A DNA stretch of 64,000 bases. Source: Anthoceros angustus. Lineage: Eukaryota; Plantae; Anthocerotophyta. Position numbers and translations under genes: made by a program. Location of the stretch: contig MU008166.1 of the NCBI GenBank assembly GCA_010909165.1, positions 372,001-436,000 on the forward strand, read 5' to 3'. Shown here in pieces: positions 23,443-36,696 of the stretch (position 1 is the first letter of the stretch; the number at the start of each line of letters is the position of its first letter). The notes beneath the pieces are model-generated. The model saw only the letters and a list, made by a program, of their open reading frames with translations. It did not search any database and was not told where the DNA came from.

Positions 23443-26400
23443 AGGGAGGAAAGGTTCTGAAAGGGTGGATGAGTCTTGTGGAGATTGAGAGTGTGGGGAG
23501 GAAATCGAATCGTGGGGAGTGGAAGTGTGCGGTGGAATCGCGGAAATTCTTGGAGGTGAAGTGGAGGTGTATATAGGTGTTTGTATGTCCATAGCCCCAA
23601 GGTGCGTCAAGCCGGTGACAAATAGACCCCTTGACAGGTAGCAGTGGGACTACCATGGTGAACCGACCAGTGGTGGCAGTCTAGTGGTGGGTTTGGGTAG
23701 GAGTATGGATAAGGTGGGGTAGCGGCGGGGTAAGTCTAGAATCCATAGATTAGAACACCTTGACACAAAACCATTCCCTTGGGATCGAATCCTGGGACTA
23801 TAACATAGAGGGTAAATGTGGCCTCTTTAAGTCTTGGATGCAAAACCCATTCCACACACATCTAGAGGATGCTATGATGCGAGCTCCTCTTGTGAAAGAT
23901 CTATATATATTTAAGCTCTTAGTATGTGGCATATTCCTAAGATATCCTATGGCATCGACGATATAGGAAATATCCTAAGAATACATTATAATATGAAAGA
24001 ATATGATAAATCATTACTTGTGCTTATCCATAGTTATTGCTAACCATATTTAATTAACATTGTTGATGCTGAATTAACGATTAACGTTTTTAGATTAATT
24101 AATACTAATTACTTACTTAAAGATAAGTTATTAGATTAATTAATACTAATCAAACACTAAACCCAAGTGCAGATTAGTGTCACGCGGCATGACATACCGA
24201 GGCAAGCGACACTGCGATGCCCTCTTTGCCATCGTCCCTACAAGGCCCTTTTCAGGCGCTTTCTCTCTGGGCTATGCGCGTCGTTGGCGGCTCTCCCATC
24301 AGCTAGGGACAAGGTCAGGAGGCCTTCAGCTCTTATCCACATGAGCTTTCTTTGTTGGCTTGAAGGTCAAGCTCTCCAAGTACATGTCTGGTCCTGTGTA
24401 TCCTCCCACTTTGCATTCCTGTTGAGGAAGTTGGGCCTTGGGTCTATGGATTTTGGGTCCTTTGGCTCCCTTGACTTCCAAGGCTTCACGGACTAAGCTC
24501 TCGCGGAGGACCTATCCCATGCTCGAGGGACCTCGTGGAATGGGTTTTGCATCAGAAGGCCAAAGAGGACATTTACCCTCTATGTCGTTATAGTCCTAGG
24601 ATTCGATCCCAAGGGAATGGTGTTGTGTCAAGGTGTGCTAAATCTATGGATTCTAGACCTACCCGTCGCTCACTACCCCACCTTCTCCAGCTACCACCCA
24701 AACCCACCGTGGTAGACTCGGCCGCGGTGGCAGTTCGGCCATGGCGGGTCCCTGCAAGCGCCGCCTTCGCGAGTCTATTAAATCGGCTTCTCTAACGGAC
24801 CTAGGGGCTATGGGCATCGGACACCTATATACCTCACTTTACTTAGAATTTGCGATTCCACCGCTTCCACTCCTCTTCGCATTTCGATTTTCCCTCACAC
24901 ACTCTCACAATCCCTCGGTAGCTCATCTACCCTTCAGAACCTTTCCCTTCCAATGAACTCTCCCTCGTCTCACAGACAGACCCCTCCCTCCTTGGGCCAC
25001 AGACCCCTCCTTGGGCCACAGACCCCTCTCTCATGGAATGAACACACACAGTGGCGGTTGGAAAGAGGATCGGGAAGAAAACCCGGTCGGTGCTTGGGCG
25101 ATTCGCCTTCCCGGCGATTCGCCTCGGCCTTCGCAATTCCTACCTCTTTTCGGGCCTTCCACCCAGTGGGCTTGGCCACTCCGCTCTCGACCATCCGAGA
25201 TCTTCCGGCCTTCTTGTGACTAGAAGGCGGTCGCGAACCCGTTTGATCTTGACGGGGCGTCTCCAATCAACCCCACACGAAGGTTCGATACGGAAGTTCA
25301 CACAGAAATCGTCTTTGAGAGACACCCAAAGGGTCTCTTATACATCGTGGTCCAACACGCTCACTTCTCTAAAATTGTAGCTCCTACCACGGCGCCTTAC
25401 CAATCTAAGCCGCGGCTCTGGTGATGGAACTCCCTATCCTCGCTTTGAAAAACCCGGTCCTAGGCTATCGCGACTCCCCTAAAATCAGCTGCCGCCTCGC
25501 GATTCTTTGCCTCGCCCCTCGGCATGGGGACCCCTCTCGCTCTTGACCTCGCCTACCTCGATCCGGCGATTTTCCCCACAACCTCCACCTCACTCTCCTG
25601 CTGAGTTTCCCTCGCGCCTTCCAGCGGACGTTGCGCCTGTGACCTCTATGTCCATTGTCCCGCTCCTCCTCATTTGGACAACCATGTGCTCCTCCCTCCA
25701 TGCTCGCTGCGCCTCGCTCATCTCTTCCGGCACCACTTGCGGAGGATGGCGCCCGCTCCTACTCGAAGGAACCAGCAGTGGCCGGTCAAGATGTCTCTGA
25801 TGGTTTACGCCCCTCTGTCCCAACAACCACATACGTTTAGAGTGAGCACCAGCTCACCATGCGAAGCCGAGGACATGAGCATCCTCATCCGGACGCCGTA
25901 GCTGTCGCCCTTGATCTGAGGTCCTTACCCTCTCCTCCGTGGACAATCCACAGGCTGCTGTTGATTCTCGGAGATCATCCCTCCATCTGCGACACTCGGT
26001 GACTTCCCCACCTCGGTTCCCGTTCCACACGGTGGCTGGTTTAGCCACCGTGGTGGTTCCACGGTGGTTGCTTGGCTCTGCGGTGGGCTGTTGCTCGGCC
26101 TTTCTTGGTTTGGCCACCTCTCTCTTGACTCGGCCCTAAGCCGTCTCTTTCCTTGTACCTCTCCATGACTTCTTGAATTTCTCCAAAGGCGCCATCGCTT
26201 CCACACTCCTGGACTCGAGACCCTCATCGAAGCTCTTCAATTGTAGCATCGCCCCTTGACTGATTTACTAAGGCCTCTGCTGAGTGGACATGTCCCTTAA
26301 GGCTCCTGTGCCTTGCATAAGGCCGCGCACTCCGTCTGCGCTCCTCGGCCTTGCTCTCGCCTTCCGGGCTTTCCAACTTCTCCTTGAGCAACTTCTCCTG

Positions 26401-28684
26401 TTGGCCTTGCACACTCGGCCGGTGAGAGCCATGGGCCTTGATCGAGGAGATCCGCTGCGTCGCCATGGCGAAGTCAAACCTGCAAATCCCAAATTAAATT
26501 GTCCCTTTGCCCATCCGCCTCCACAACAATTCTTGTCTGACGGTGTCTCCTATCCCCACCTCGGTAGGGGGTTCGGTGAAATGTCGCCAAAAATGTCCGA
26601 GCTCCGTTGCGGTCTCGGTGAAGTTAACCCCTCCTCTCCTAGGGGTTGATGCGCTTGCCTCTTCCCGCTCATTCTCCCCTAGCGGCATTCATCTGCACAC
26701 AGGAGGAGCAACTTGCCATTTCCCTTTATTTTCTCCTCCTTTACCCGCGTTCCTGTGTCTTGACTGGTGACCACAGGTGTGGCTGGGTTCCTCCTCTGCT
26801 TCTTTTTGTCCTCCCGACCCGTTCGTCGCCCTTGCTTCTTACCCTTGGAAACTTCCCCACCCTCTTAGAACCTTCCGAGGCGCACTCCCAGCTCTGGAAT
26901 CCTTGCAGAATCCTCCTTCAATTCCTCCTCTTCTACCTTGAGTTCCACGGCGGCTTCCAACCATGCAGGCGGACCACGACTTCAACTCGTTAAACACCGG
27001 AATGCGCAAATACATGAATCGAGAAAAGGCGAAATCAAGGAGGGCCGAGGAAGGAGAGTAAATTCGCCTTCTCCTCACAGGCTCTTTCGAAAATCATCCT
27101 CCCCAATCAATTTGTGTACCCTTGACCACCTCGTGAAGAAAAACCAAGAAGTGATCCGCCATATGATCCGGCTTGGTTACATAGGAAACACAAAATCCAT
27201 TTGGCCAATCCCACAGCAGACACGAGTTGGCGAGTCACCCGACCATTGTTCACTCTCACTTCCCGGGCTTCATGAGCGGCGCTGCGGCTTTCAAGGTCTT
27301 CTTTCTGGGGTCAATCACCAAGCTCCCATCTTACGATGCTTCTCGCCCATGCTTTCGAAAGAGGCCAAATCCAGTTCTGCGGCCTTTTCCTCGCGTCACC
27401 CTCTTGCGACTTGGTCCCAGGCGCACTCTTGCACCAATGCGGCATCGTAGCACCATTTCTTCTCCATGAACTTGAGCCCGGCTCACGCACACTGCCGGCT
27501 CTCACTTTCCGATGGTCCATGTTGGGCCGCTGCGTGAGTGAGATTTGGCGCGGCTCGGGCGCCATCTCCTTCTCTCGTTGTTTCCCAAAAACAAAACCTC
27601 GACTACCCTGCAGTTTGAGAAGAAAAAAAATCGAGCAGCCGCCCTTCTCCTTCCGCCTCGCGAACTTGCGGGCGATTTCTCTCCTCCGCGCCGCTCTGTC
27701 ACGATCGTCGCGCCCTTCCTCCTGCTGCAGTGAGGCGGTGATTTGGCGTCGTGGGTGTAGCGCCCCTCTTGCTGACTCCGCTCATGCCCCTCACGGAAAG
27801 TCGCGACCTCATGATCTTTGGGTGTGCCCTTCTCCCGATTCGCTCCGTGGTAGTCCCGCTCCGCCACTAGGGTTGTAAATTCCCCACAGTGCATGCGTCC
27901 GTTTCTCCGTGGTGGAACTAGCCACCACCCACTTGACTACTCAAGCGTGGCATATTGTGAGCATCCCTAGCATATATAGACACCTTTTATTCTAAAATTC
28001 CCAATACCCAAGGACTCTATTTCTACCCACCCCTCGGTCAAACCTAAGGGTCGAAAAAATTATTATTATCTCCAAGGGCCAAGGACCATTCCGTATAAAA
28101 GACACGACTCGGATGATTCTCAAAGCACTTTGCTATTCTAACACATCAAAACAAAAAATCGTTCATCCACGACACTTGGGAGGGGTTAGTGCACATGTGG
28201 TCTTCCCACAACCTCCCTCTCACGGGGATGCTCGGGGTAGCCTTTGGTTCGCTAGGCACCCTAGTTACCTTATCGCATGCTCCTCCATCTCTAGTTCTCA
28301 CATATCGACTACGGGGTTTGACATGAAGATAACGGATACTCTTAGGGACATCATGGGCCTAGTAAGCTTTCAAGTGCCATGTGGGCGATTTGGCCGGCAA
28401 CCAGCGTCCCGATGTAGTTTGGGGCATCGGCTACTCTCAGCTTGAGGTTTCATCCTGGCGGCTTTTTTGGGCGGTGGGCCCTATCACCTCTGAGTGTAGC
28501 CTTTGGCTTCATCCTCCAGGACAGGGCCTTTGTGGAGAATCTTGTGTTTAGTGTGGAGGCGAAACCTTTCCTCTCAAATTTCCTTAAGCCACGCTAGGGA
28601 AATGCTTTCTACGGATGCTCGGTGGGAATTTCCTCCTTTCTTGACGTTCATCTCCGATGGTTTCAGGGGGTTGCAGGCATTGTT
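23443..28684 (+). repeat. Second copy of the segment family-A end / gypsy LTR / CRE / family-A copy / CRE; segmental duplication or redundant assembly
   Basis: 23443-23856 matches 15267-15700 and runs straight into the CACAT flank. The rest is colinear with 16882-23442 and shares the ACCTC TSD. Confidence 0.85.
24535..28210 (-). mobile_element. Family A element copy 3 (duplicate of copy 2; unit length ~3.7 kb)
   Basis: Same flanks and TSD ACCTC (24530-24534 and 28211-28215). Lacks the internal tandem repeats of copy 2. Confidence 0.85.
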
Positions 28685-29140
28685 GCTTGAGGAGCAGCTC
28701 AGCCAAGCTTTCCAGTCCGTCCTCCTGGACCCCTCCATCCTCAGGTCCATGAGGGCTCGGCTTCCCTCTTGCTCTGGTAAGGGCGCAGCTGCTTAGCTTT
28801 GGCTCGTCCATGTATTCGAGGGTTTGTCATCGCACCAACCACCTTCACCACTACGATGCGATTTTGTCTTGGCCTGCTCCAACCTGTGGTGTCTTCCCTC
28901 CTTACCTGTGAGTGCAGCTCTGTCTTGATGACTCTAGGGTTCACCTTGCTCGTTGTCCCCATGGAGGTCATCGCATCGCCACCCACGACGCTATCCACGA
29001 TGTCATGTTTGTCGTAGCTCGCGAAAGCATCTACATGGCCTGGAGGGAGCGAGGGAACACTCTTCGAATAAGTCGCTCAATCAGGGTTGACTTGTACTTT
29101 GTCCGCAGCGACCAACTTTCGGTGCCGGACGTGGTTATTC
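28211..29140 (+). mobile_element. CRE-like 3' region: thumb, zinc knuckle and restriction-like endonuclease
   Basis: RARLPSCSGKGAAA*LLARP, then CEC...HLARCPHGGHRIATHDAI (knuckle plus RHD-like motif), then RVDL...DVVI (PD-D-type RLE). Confidence 0.8.
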
Positions 29141-30152
29141 TACTTCGCGTGACAGCGGGCGTGCACACCGATCCATGTCGTTGCAATATGGGGTCCGTTC
29201 CCAAGGGAATGTCTTGTTTCGTTCGTGCCGCGTTGGTGCAAACACTTTACATGCGTCGAGGCGATTGCTTGCAGTCACCGCGCCTCTACACGTTCATCCA
29301 CTTGAGCTGCGGTTAATCTACCCTCCCCCTATGTCACTCTACTTACTCACCGTACATGCTCGGGATGGCCAAACGTTTAAGGACCCGTCCTTGTCCGAAA
29401 TCTGTCTATCTTCACTTACTCCCTTCTGTCATGGCAAACGGGATATTAATGCATGGGATGATGGGAATGTGCTTGCGGATGGATATGCATACGAGTGTGT
29501 GTGTGGTCATGAGTGTGTGTATCGGCATGAGCGGCGGATTGCTGATGTTTGTCTAAGTAGAAAGGACCATCTGACTCCGTTTAGGCGGTGGTCAAGCTAC
29601 GGAATAGGAGGGTGCATCGAGCCACTTGAGGCCAACTGCGTCGGCAGGTGTGCACGAGGGGACTTGAACGATTTTGCACTGCGGCAATCCCATAAGAGCT
29701 AGACATTGCAGTGCCAACATAGTGAGGCCAGCGGAGGCTCAGAACCTTTCTAGGCGTAGCCAAAGGGGCCTGGATGCCAGTCCATAAGTAGATGGTGGGT
29801 GTGAAGAACAACATGGATTTTTCCTTGCTATTTTATCTTGGTCATTCCATTCTTTGAGTTTAACTTTGGTGAGATAGAACACCCGCCTACTTATGGCGAA
29901 GGCATGGGAGGAGGTGATTGACGGAGTTGGCACAGCTGGTGGACTAGCGAAGGGACCAACACTAACTTTGATGCAATGCCGTACATAGTGTCACGCAGGG
30001 GGAGGATTGACACGGTGATGGTGTTCTTACGCTCAGGCTGGACGAACAAGAATACTCCGGTTCAGGAAGCTCGTAGCTCCACGGCTCAACACCCTTTGGT
30101 ATAGCGGAGTGGTGGTCAGTTTGAGTGGAGTCGAAGCCCCATCCGCTCTATA

Positions 30153-31279
30153 GTGTTTGAAGAAAGCGGTAGTGAGGTTAGGATGGAGCATGAGCCGGCA
30201 CCCAGTAAAAACGACGTTTTCACGGGTCGACACGGCAGCATGTCGCTTGCTGACTTTGAAGAAAAATTCAGGTGGGCAATTGATGAGATGGTGCTCAAAT
30301 ACAAATCGGAGTTTACCCCGGAGATGGCTTTGAGGAAGATGAGTACGTTTTTGGCCGGAGAGGCTCTCACATGCTACCGTGATTGCAAGGACCAGATCTT
30401 GCAAGATGCCCGTCGTTAACGCGAGCCGAGCCAAAGGACTTTGAAGGGAGGCGAAGAGGAACATCGTCCGATTACAAGCCGGCTATCACATTTTTGGTGG
30501 ATGAAATGTTCAATAAGTTCGCAGAAATGTTCCCGGTGTCCTCCATAGAAAAGATCCAGGAGCTGTCGAGATTCGCCATCAAGCCCAATGAGCCGCTTAG
30601 ATCGGCGTATCTAAGGTTGAGGCATTTGGTGAAGGATACACGAGTAAAAACGATGCGGGAAGCCGCTCAGATCTATATGGCCGCCCTTCCAGGAAGACAG
30701 AGAAGAGTGATTGCCAACTTTCTCCACATGTTGCATGGTGCGGATTACGAATTGGAGCAGGCCTATGAAATGGCAGAAAGGGTCATGAAAGGGGATGCCG
30801 TGACTAGCGATACTGGGAAGAACACAATCTCACCAAAGGACATCACCATGCTTGAATGTTCACAAGGCACATGGGAGGATCTCTCGAGAAACGATCCTTA
30901 GGGGAATGCGTGCTGACAGACTCTCCCAGAGCAGCTCGGCTAGCTTGTCGGTTGGCGCCAAGGTCAGCGATGCGATCACGTCTGCGATGCGCCAGGGGCA
31001 TACGAATCAGTCACCAAGATAGGTGGAGTGAAGGAGAAGGAGTTGTGTAGGACCTGCGCCAGAACGGGTCACACGGAGGCGGCCTGTTGGCAAGGTCACC
31101 CGGAACTCAAGCCCAAGGGAGTCGGGGATCGGCAGGGTGACAAGATGAAACCATCAGTAAACTACACTCGGAAACCTTTGCTCGGTGAGGTGCAAGCTCA
31201 CGGGCCGATTGGCAGCCATGCCCGCCTTGAGTCGCAACTACCACTTGGCAGAATGATTCGAGATCGAGGAATTATCTAG
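30153..31279 (+). mobile_element. Ty3/gypsy-like gag remnant
   Basis: FLAGEALTCY, YELEQAYEMAERV (similar to the 9.3-kb gag) and the CCHC knuckle CRTCARTGHTEAAC. Broken across three frames. Confidence 0.75.
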
Positions 31280-32399
31280 CAGCCATGTGACCGGGGCCGG
31301 TCAGCCGGATTGCGATGTTTATCTAAAGTAGAAAGGGCAGCCATCTGACTCCGTTTGGGGCGGTGAATGTCAAGCTCTGGAATAGGAGGGTGAGGTGCAG
31401 CCAGGCCGCCCAGGGCCAACTGCGTGTTGTGAGAGTGTGCACAGGGGGACTTGAACCGATTTTGCCATTTTGTTTGTCACGATTCGATGTTGCTTAGGTG
31501 AGATAGGGTCTTGTGATCGTCATGAACTGTGAGGGGTGTGAAGAATAGGATAACTCCAACACGTAGCAATTCGGGGACATGCACTATTGTCTTTTGCTAT
31601 AAGCGACATTTTCTCCTTCTTTTCTCCCTACCTTGCAACTTCAACCCTTTTGATAATGTGCCTAGTTGAGGTTCACGATCGGGTATGCCTTGCAAACTCT
31701 TCTGAGACCTCCGCGTATCCACACGAGGTTTCCCGATCCGAAGGCCTCTGCGCCCTTCTTGGGAGTCCGGCTAGTGCGCCTCCGTCTGGCCCGATCGCGA
31801 ACCTACATCTACGGAGGAGGCGGTCCAGTCCTCACTTTTGCACCACCACACATTTAGGGTCCAGTCACCGGGACACGGATCGATCTCAGAGGTAGTGCAG
31901 CCACTTGGCTCAGTGACTCGGGACTCGCGTTATGCAAGAGACACCTGAGGGCTTGCAAAGATAGCCAGCAGTATCAACCCCAAAAGAAATATCCCTTTAC
32001 TTGAATGGCAGTAAGCCCTCTTCTACTACATACGAGGCGCCTTTATTACACCCCTAATTCAAGCTAATGTCCATTCACCATGTGCCTCGTGAGTGGCTCT
32101 CTTCCTCCCTATTTTTCCCTACCTAAAATGTCTAAAGGTGGTGGGGCGTAGTTGACCATGGTTCCTCCACACGAAAGCCAAATCCCGGAAGCTCTTGCTG
32201 CAGGCCCCCAGTCGGATGATCACGACCCCGAAGTCCAGCGGAGGCTCTTCACCCTCTAATTACGCCATTTGTGCGGCTGGAGGTGAAGATGACCGTGACA
32301 GCTATTTAGCTAACCACTAAGTCCTCCTCCCTCATTTGTCCAATGTCGCGATGGTGGGGGCCCTATACAATAGGTCAAGTCAAGACCCGTGGGTCTTCC

Positions 32400-35082
32400 T
32401 GAAATTTTGAAAGTTTTAGGCGACTCTCAACCATACCCCTACCCCACAGTGGATCAGCAGCTTCTCCTCAGCAGGCCCTCTGCCCACGCCATTTTTCTTC
32501 TTGGAGGCACGCCCTTATCACTGCTCCAGGCCGCTTGGTGCTTCCGCTCTCGATGCCTGAGTAGCCGTGGAGTCATTTCCTCTTTCGGCATTTCGGCAGC
32601 GTCTTTGCTCACTTCGCACACTTGCCATGACCCTCACCTCTATCCCCTCAAATGCACAGTCACTCTATCTCCCTCATGATCTCCCTACTCCGGCTTGAAG
32701 GGAGTCCATTCCGCTCTTCCACTGCAGTCCCTTGACTCCTAAGTCTCCTCCAGGCCTTTCCAACTCTGGCGCTCTCCTTCGGTTCCACAGGCTGCAGCCG
32801 GGAGTCCCCAACTCCTTGGCGCTTGCTTCCATCTCCTCACCACGGGCCACGCACGCTTGCTCTGCGGCCGCTGCCCGCCGGGAGTTGCTGTGGCCGCTCA
32901 CTGCTACTCCCTCCGTTGGTTCCCTATCGGCGGTAGTGGTCTCGGTCGGTCTTGGCCGTGGCCTCCACCTTTCTGCCCCCTCCGGGTGCAGGCCTCCCGG
33001 TGGCTGCAGCTGCACTCTGAGGCGGCGGACCCTCGCCAATTCTCGGCCTCCTCGCTGCAGGCGTACTCTCTCCGCTTCTTCCCTGGCCTCCCTCCCAGCA
33101 CTTTTCAGCACCGTCCTCCACATGCTTGGGCCTCTGAAGCGTCAGTTGCTCCATTGTAGTACAGTTGGGCTTCATAATACTCTGTGGCTGAGGCGGACCG
33201 CCTCCATTTCGGCGGTATGGCGCTTCTCCTCCTCGACTCTGGCGAGGGACTACACCTTTCCTTTTCTTAGCGACTTGTCTGCCTCACTGACCTTGGAGCT
33301 CCACCATTCGTCTTCGGGTGGCCTCCACTTCTTGGGTCTTCTTCTTGCCGTCCTTGAGTCCCAGAACATGCACCGTCCATGGCCCGCCATTAAAACATGG
33401 CGTCTGGTCCTCCTCCACGGCCCACCGTGGCCGAGACCCCCAAGAAGTCCATGGGGCGTAGGCGTCTCCGGATCCGTTCAGGATTTTTCCTCATGCCGCG
33501 CCCGGAGTAGTCCGGATTAGGGACTCTCCCGGACAATCGAGGGACCCTCGGTCTGCAGCCGAGTCTGAGCAGGCGCTTCAACCTCCTTGTAGCCCTTGCA
33601 TACGCTCCTTGCGTAGCTCACGCTTGGGATCAGGAGGTGAGGGAGTTCGGGAGGCAACCGACCAGCTTCCCTCCTCGTGGGGATGGGGGCTTGAGTTCGG
33701 GGGTGGGTTTTGCACCAATGACCCCGGCGCCTTGGGGCGGCATGGCGTTCAGCCCTCCTTCACGGCCTCTTAGGTCTCACTTGCCACTCCAGGCTCAAGG
33801 TAATAGCGGGGTAGGGTCACGGCGGAGGCATCCTTGGGGCAATGGGGTTGGGCGCCTGCTTCCTCTTCGCTTCCCTCGCTCGTCAGGTGAGGCGCTCGGC
33901 CGGCAGATGCAGTGAGGCGGGTTGCGGGGGCTGCTGGATGTGAATGACCACCAACTCTTTTTCCGTCGTAGCTGGCCCACAGGGATGGGTACATTACGGT
34001 GGGAGACCAAGAAGAAGAGGAAGCGAGAATATCTCACATACTTCCCTTGGAGGGAGTCGCTCCCAAATGTGTAGGTCGAGAATTCCCTCCCGATCTTCGT
34101 CCTCTGAAGTGCGTCTTGCCTTGGGTGGGGTGGCCCTTTGGTTCTATGCGCTCCCTTAGGGGGCGCTCGTTCATCCCTCACAGCTTCCTTGGAGCGTTGG
34201 TGTCCCCGCCCATGGGCCCGATGAAGCGGAGAACAGCAGCCCGTGAGGGTGGCCTCTCATTCCTTAGCTTCCTCGACTCCTGAACAATACGGGCGAAGAT
34301 GATTCACCCACAATCCGCCCTCTTGCCTCTCTGAAGAGCGTGCAGGAAGACCAGCAGATTGTCATCAAGGTGGTCGACCTTGGTGAGCATGTTCTTGTGG
34401 ACGATAATTTTCGCCACTGCCCTCACTCGTCGGTCCAGCAGGTCCGACATGAGCCATCCGTTGGAGGACCGCTGCGTCCCCGGCCTCAGGAGCGCCACCT
34501 TGGCGGCTTCCACCTTCCCTTTCACCTTTAGGGGCTCCGGCACTATGCCCCCTACCTCCTTTGGCACGGGCGATCGGGCCGCCCTAAGGGACCTCCACAG
34601 TCCACCTCCTGGTCCTCCATAGCTCTTAGAGTGGGGAGACTTGGTCAAGGCTACGGCCCAACATCTTGGCGTATTCCGGACCAGTCAGCATCAAAGGTAT
34701 CTTGCAGAAAATGTCAAGGTGCCACTCCCACTAGCTCCTCACGCCTCGGCTTGACGAGGGGCGAAATTTAGAGTAAGCGCCTCGTGAAGATGTTCTTCTC
34801 TACCAGGCGCCAGGGCTCCCAGACCTCCGCCGCCTTCTTGGGTCCCATGCTTGCGCTCCGTTTGATCAGTCGCTGAGGTAGGATGGCCAAGGATGCTCCT
34901 GCCGAGTTCCAAAGTGATGTGCGTGCGGTTCGAAGAGGAAGATCGCGGCCGCGCCGGGCGCCGGAAGGCGTAAGAGCGGGATGTCGGCGCGGCTGCAAAA
35001 ATTGTTGAGAAGACGACCCAGAGGATGGTCTTCTCTCGTCGGCGTCGGGCGGGCGATGCCGCGAGCGTCCTTTCTTTGCCAA
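32400..35082 (-). mobile_element. Degenerate ORF homologous to the family A ORF, within an element of undefined ends (~31.5-36 kb)
   Basis: SSNGWLMSDL...DHLDDNLLVFLHALQRGKRADCG*IIF aligns by eye with NNGWVTRQL...DHMADHFLVFLHEVVKGTQIDWGRMIF. Followed by a charged, coiled-coil-like region. Confidence 0.6.
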
Positions 35083-36696
35083 GAATCGCCAAAGTCACTC
35101 AACTTTTGCTCTAACTTTACGCCACCGCCTTCTTGGCACATGTCCTTGGGTCGTGCTTTTAACGGCAGCTGACAACTCTGCGGTCTTGATCCCTTGCATG
35201 CTCGTCCTCCTCTCACGTGGCCCTCTTGCCTATTACGCTCCCCCCTTTTTCGCGGTTACCTTTCCCATCGGAATTACCGTGACCTACTCCGGAGTTTAGT
35301 CTGAAGTGGCCTGCTCCGGAGTTAGTCCGGAGTGTCCGACCCAGTCGCCTTCTCCCATCCTCTTGTCCATCGCAATTCCCCGTATTCAACCTTATTTCCC
35401 CTTTTCCGCCTTATTTTCCACACACACACTAAAGAAAACCAAAAAAATCTGCCTATTACCTTCCTAAGGGGGAGTCCACATTTCTCTCCTTGTCCACAGT
35501 GGTGGTTACCGACCCTGCTCGAGACACCATCTCCGCTTAGGTTATCACTAACCGTCCTGATTGGGCTGCCGCCGGAGCTACAACTCTCAAGGTTAGGAAG
35601 TACAACGGGATGCAAGCAGGCCACTTCTTTATTTAGCTCGCACTCGAAACGTATGGGGCAATGGCTGCGGACTTCGATAAATTTCTCAAGTCTTGTGCCA
35701 AATCCTACCACGCCTGAAGGCATGGCACCGGGTTGCCTCTTTCTTATTTCATACCTTACTTCAGATGGCGAGTCTCCATTGCCCTTCAAAGAGCCCTCTT
35801 GACGGCAATCCTTCACAAGGTGGCGACGGCAAGTGACGCTTTTTCCTCATCCTCTGTCATTTGCAAGCCATTTTTTCTTCCTACATATGATGTTTTAGGA
35901 ACAATAGGTAACTTTAGGTAAGGTGCTTAGTCGCTCTTTTTCACGTTGACCACCGAGGTCCACCTTCATTGTCCCATGCTGGATGGGTTTTTTTTATCGT
36001 TTTCCCCTCATTAAAATATACTCAGTTCAAGATTCTTATATCACACACTTGAGACATCGTACACGGGCATGTGGCCGATGTTGTCAGGTATGCGGTGGGA
36101 GAACTTGCTCACGAGAACGATATTCCATATATAGGCACATGAGTGGTTGGAAGCACATTTCCTCTCATGGCTATGGTATACACACATCGGGGATTAAGAC
36201 TTCTCTTTTAAACTCGTATTGGGAAAAAAATTGGGATGGGATGCGTTTAAACTCCCGCCAAGACTGAACTACTTGACGTAATCAGACAATCTCCTAGACT
36301 GGATGCCAAGGAAAGCCATACGCCATTTCAAAGCATTCGGAGTTCGCAAAGTCGGTTTCTCAAATCCCGTGACATGAATCACGATTCGTCAGACATTAAC
36401 AAAGACTGTGAATCAACTTCCTTCGTCTAAGTAACTAATGAGGATTCACTAATGCTAAAGCCTGCCGGGCTCAGAAGGCAGAGTCCCCACAGCTGGAGGT
36501 CTGCAACCCCTAGACGTTACGGGGGCAGCAGCATTTAGCGCCAGTTCGTAGCTCGTATTGGACAACATAGTACGATTAGGTGTGCCAATTCACAAGCCTC
36601 TCGTCCGACCGCGGAACAACGATGCTGTAACCGAGGCGGAGTAATCAGCAAAATGAGGTTCTCCTCTTAAAAGGAGTTCACGGGAATCTGGCAGGC

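Noticed and set aside
24178-29154. TGTCACGCG...CGCGTGACA inverted 9-mers bracketing the CRE fragment as a possible element
   Set aside because: There is no TSD. The left motif is explained by the start of the minus-strand gypsy LTR and differs in the other copy (TGTCACACG).
32732-33520. 262-aa plus-strand ORF
   Set aside because: It is the antisense shadow of the GC-rich minus-strand element ORF and has no domain features.
31475-36374. TGTCACG...CGTGACA as termini of the 32-35 kb element
   Set aside because: The flanks TTGTT and TGAAT do not form a TSD, and the right motif lies just downstream of the RH29 stop.
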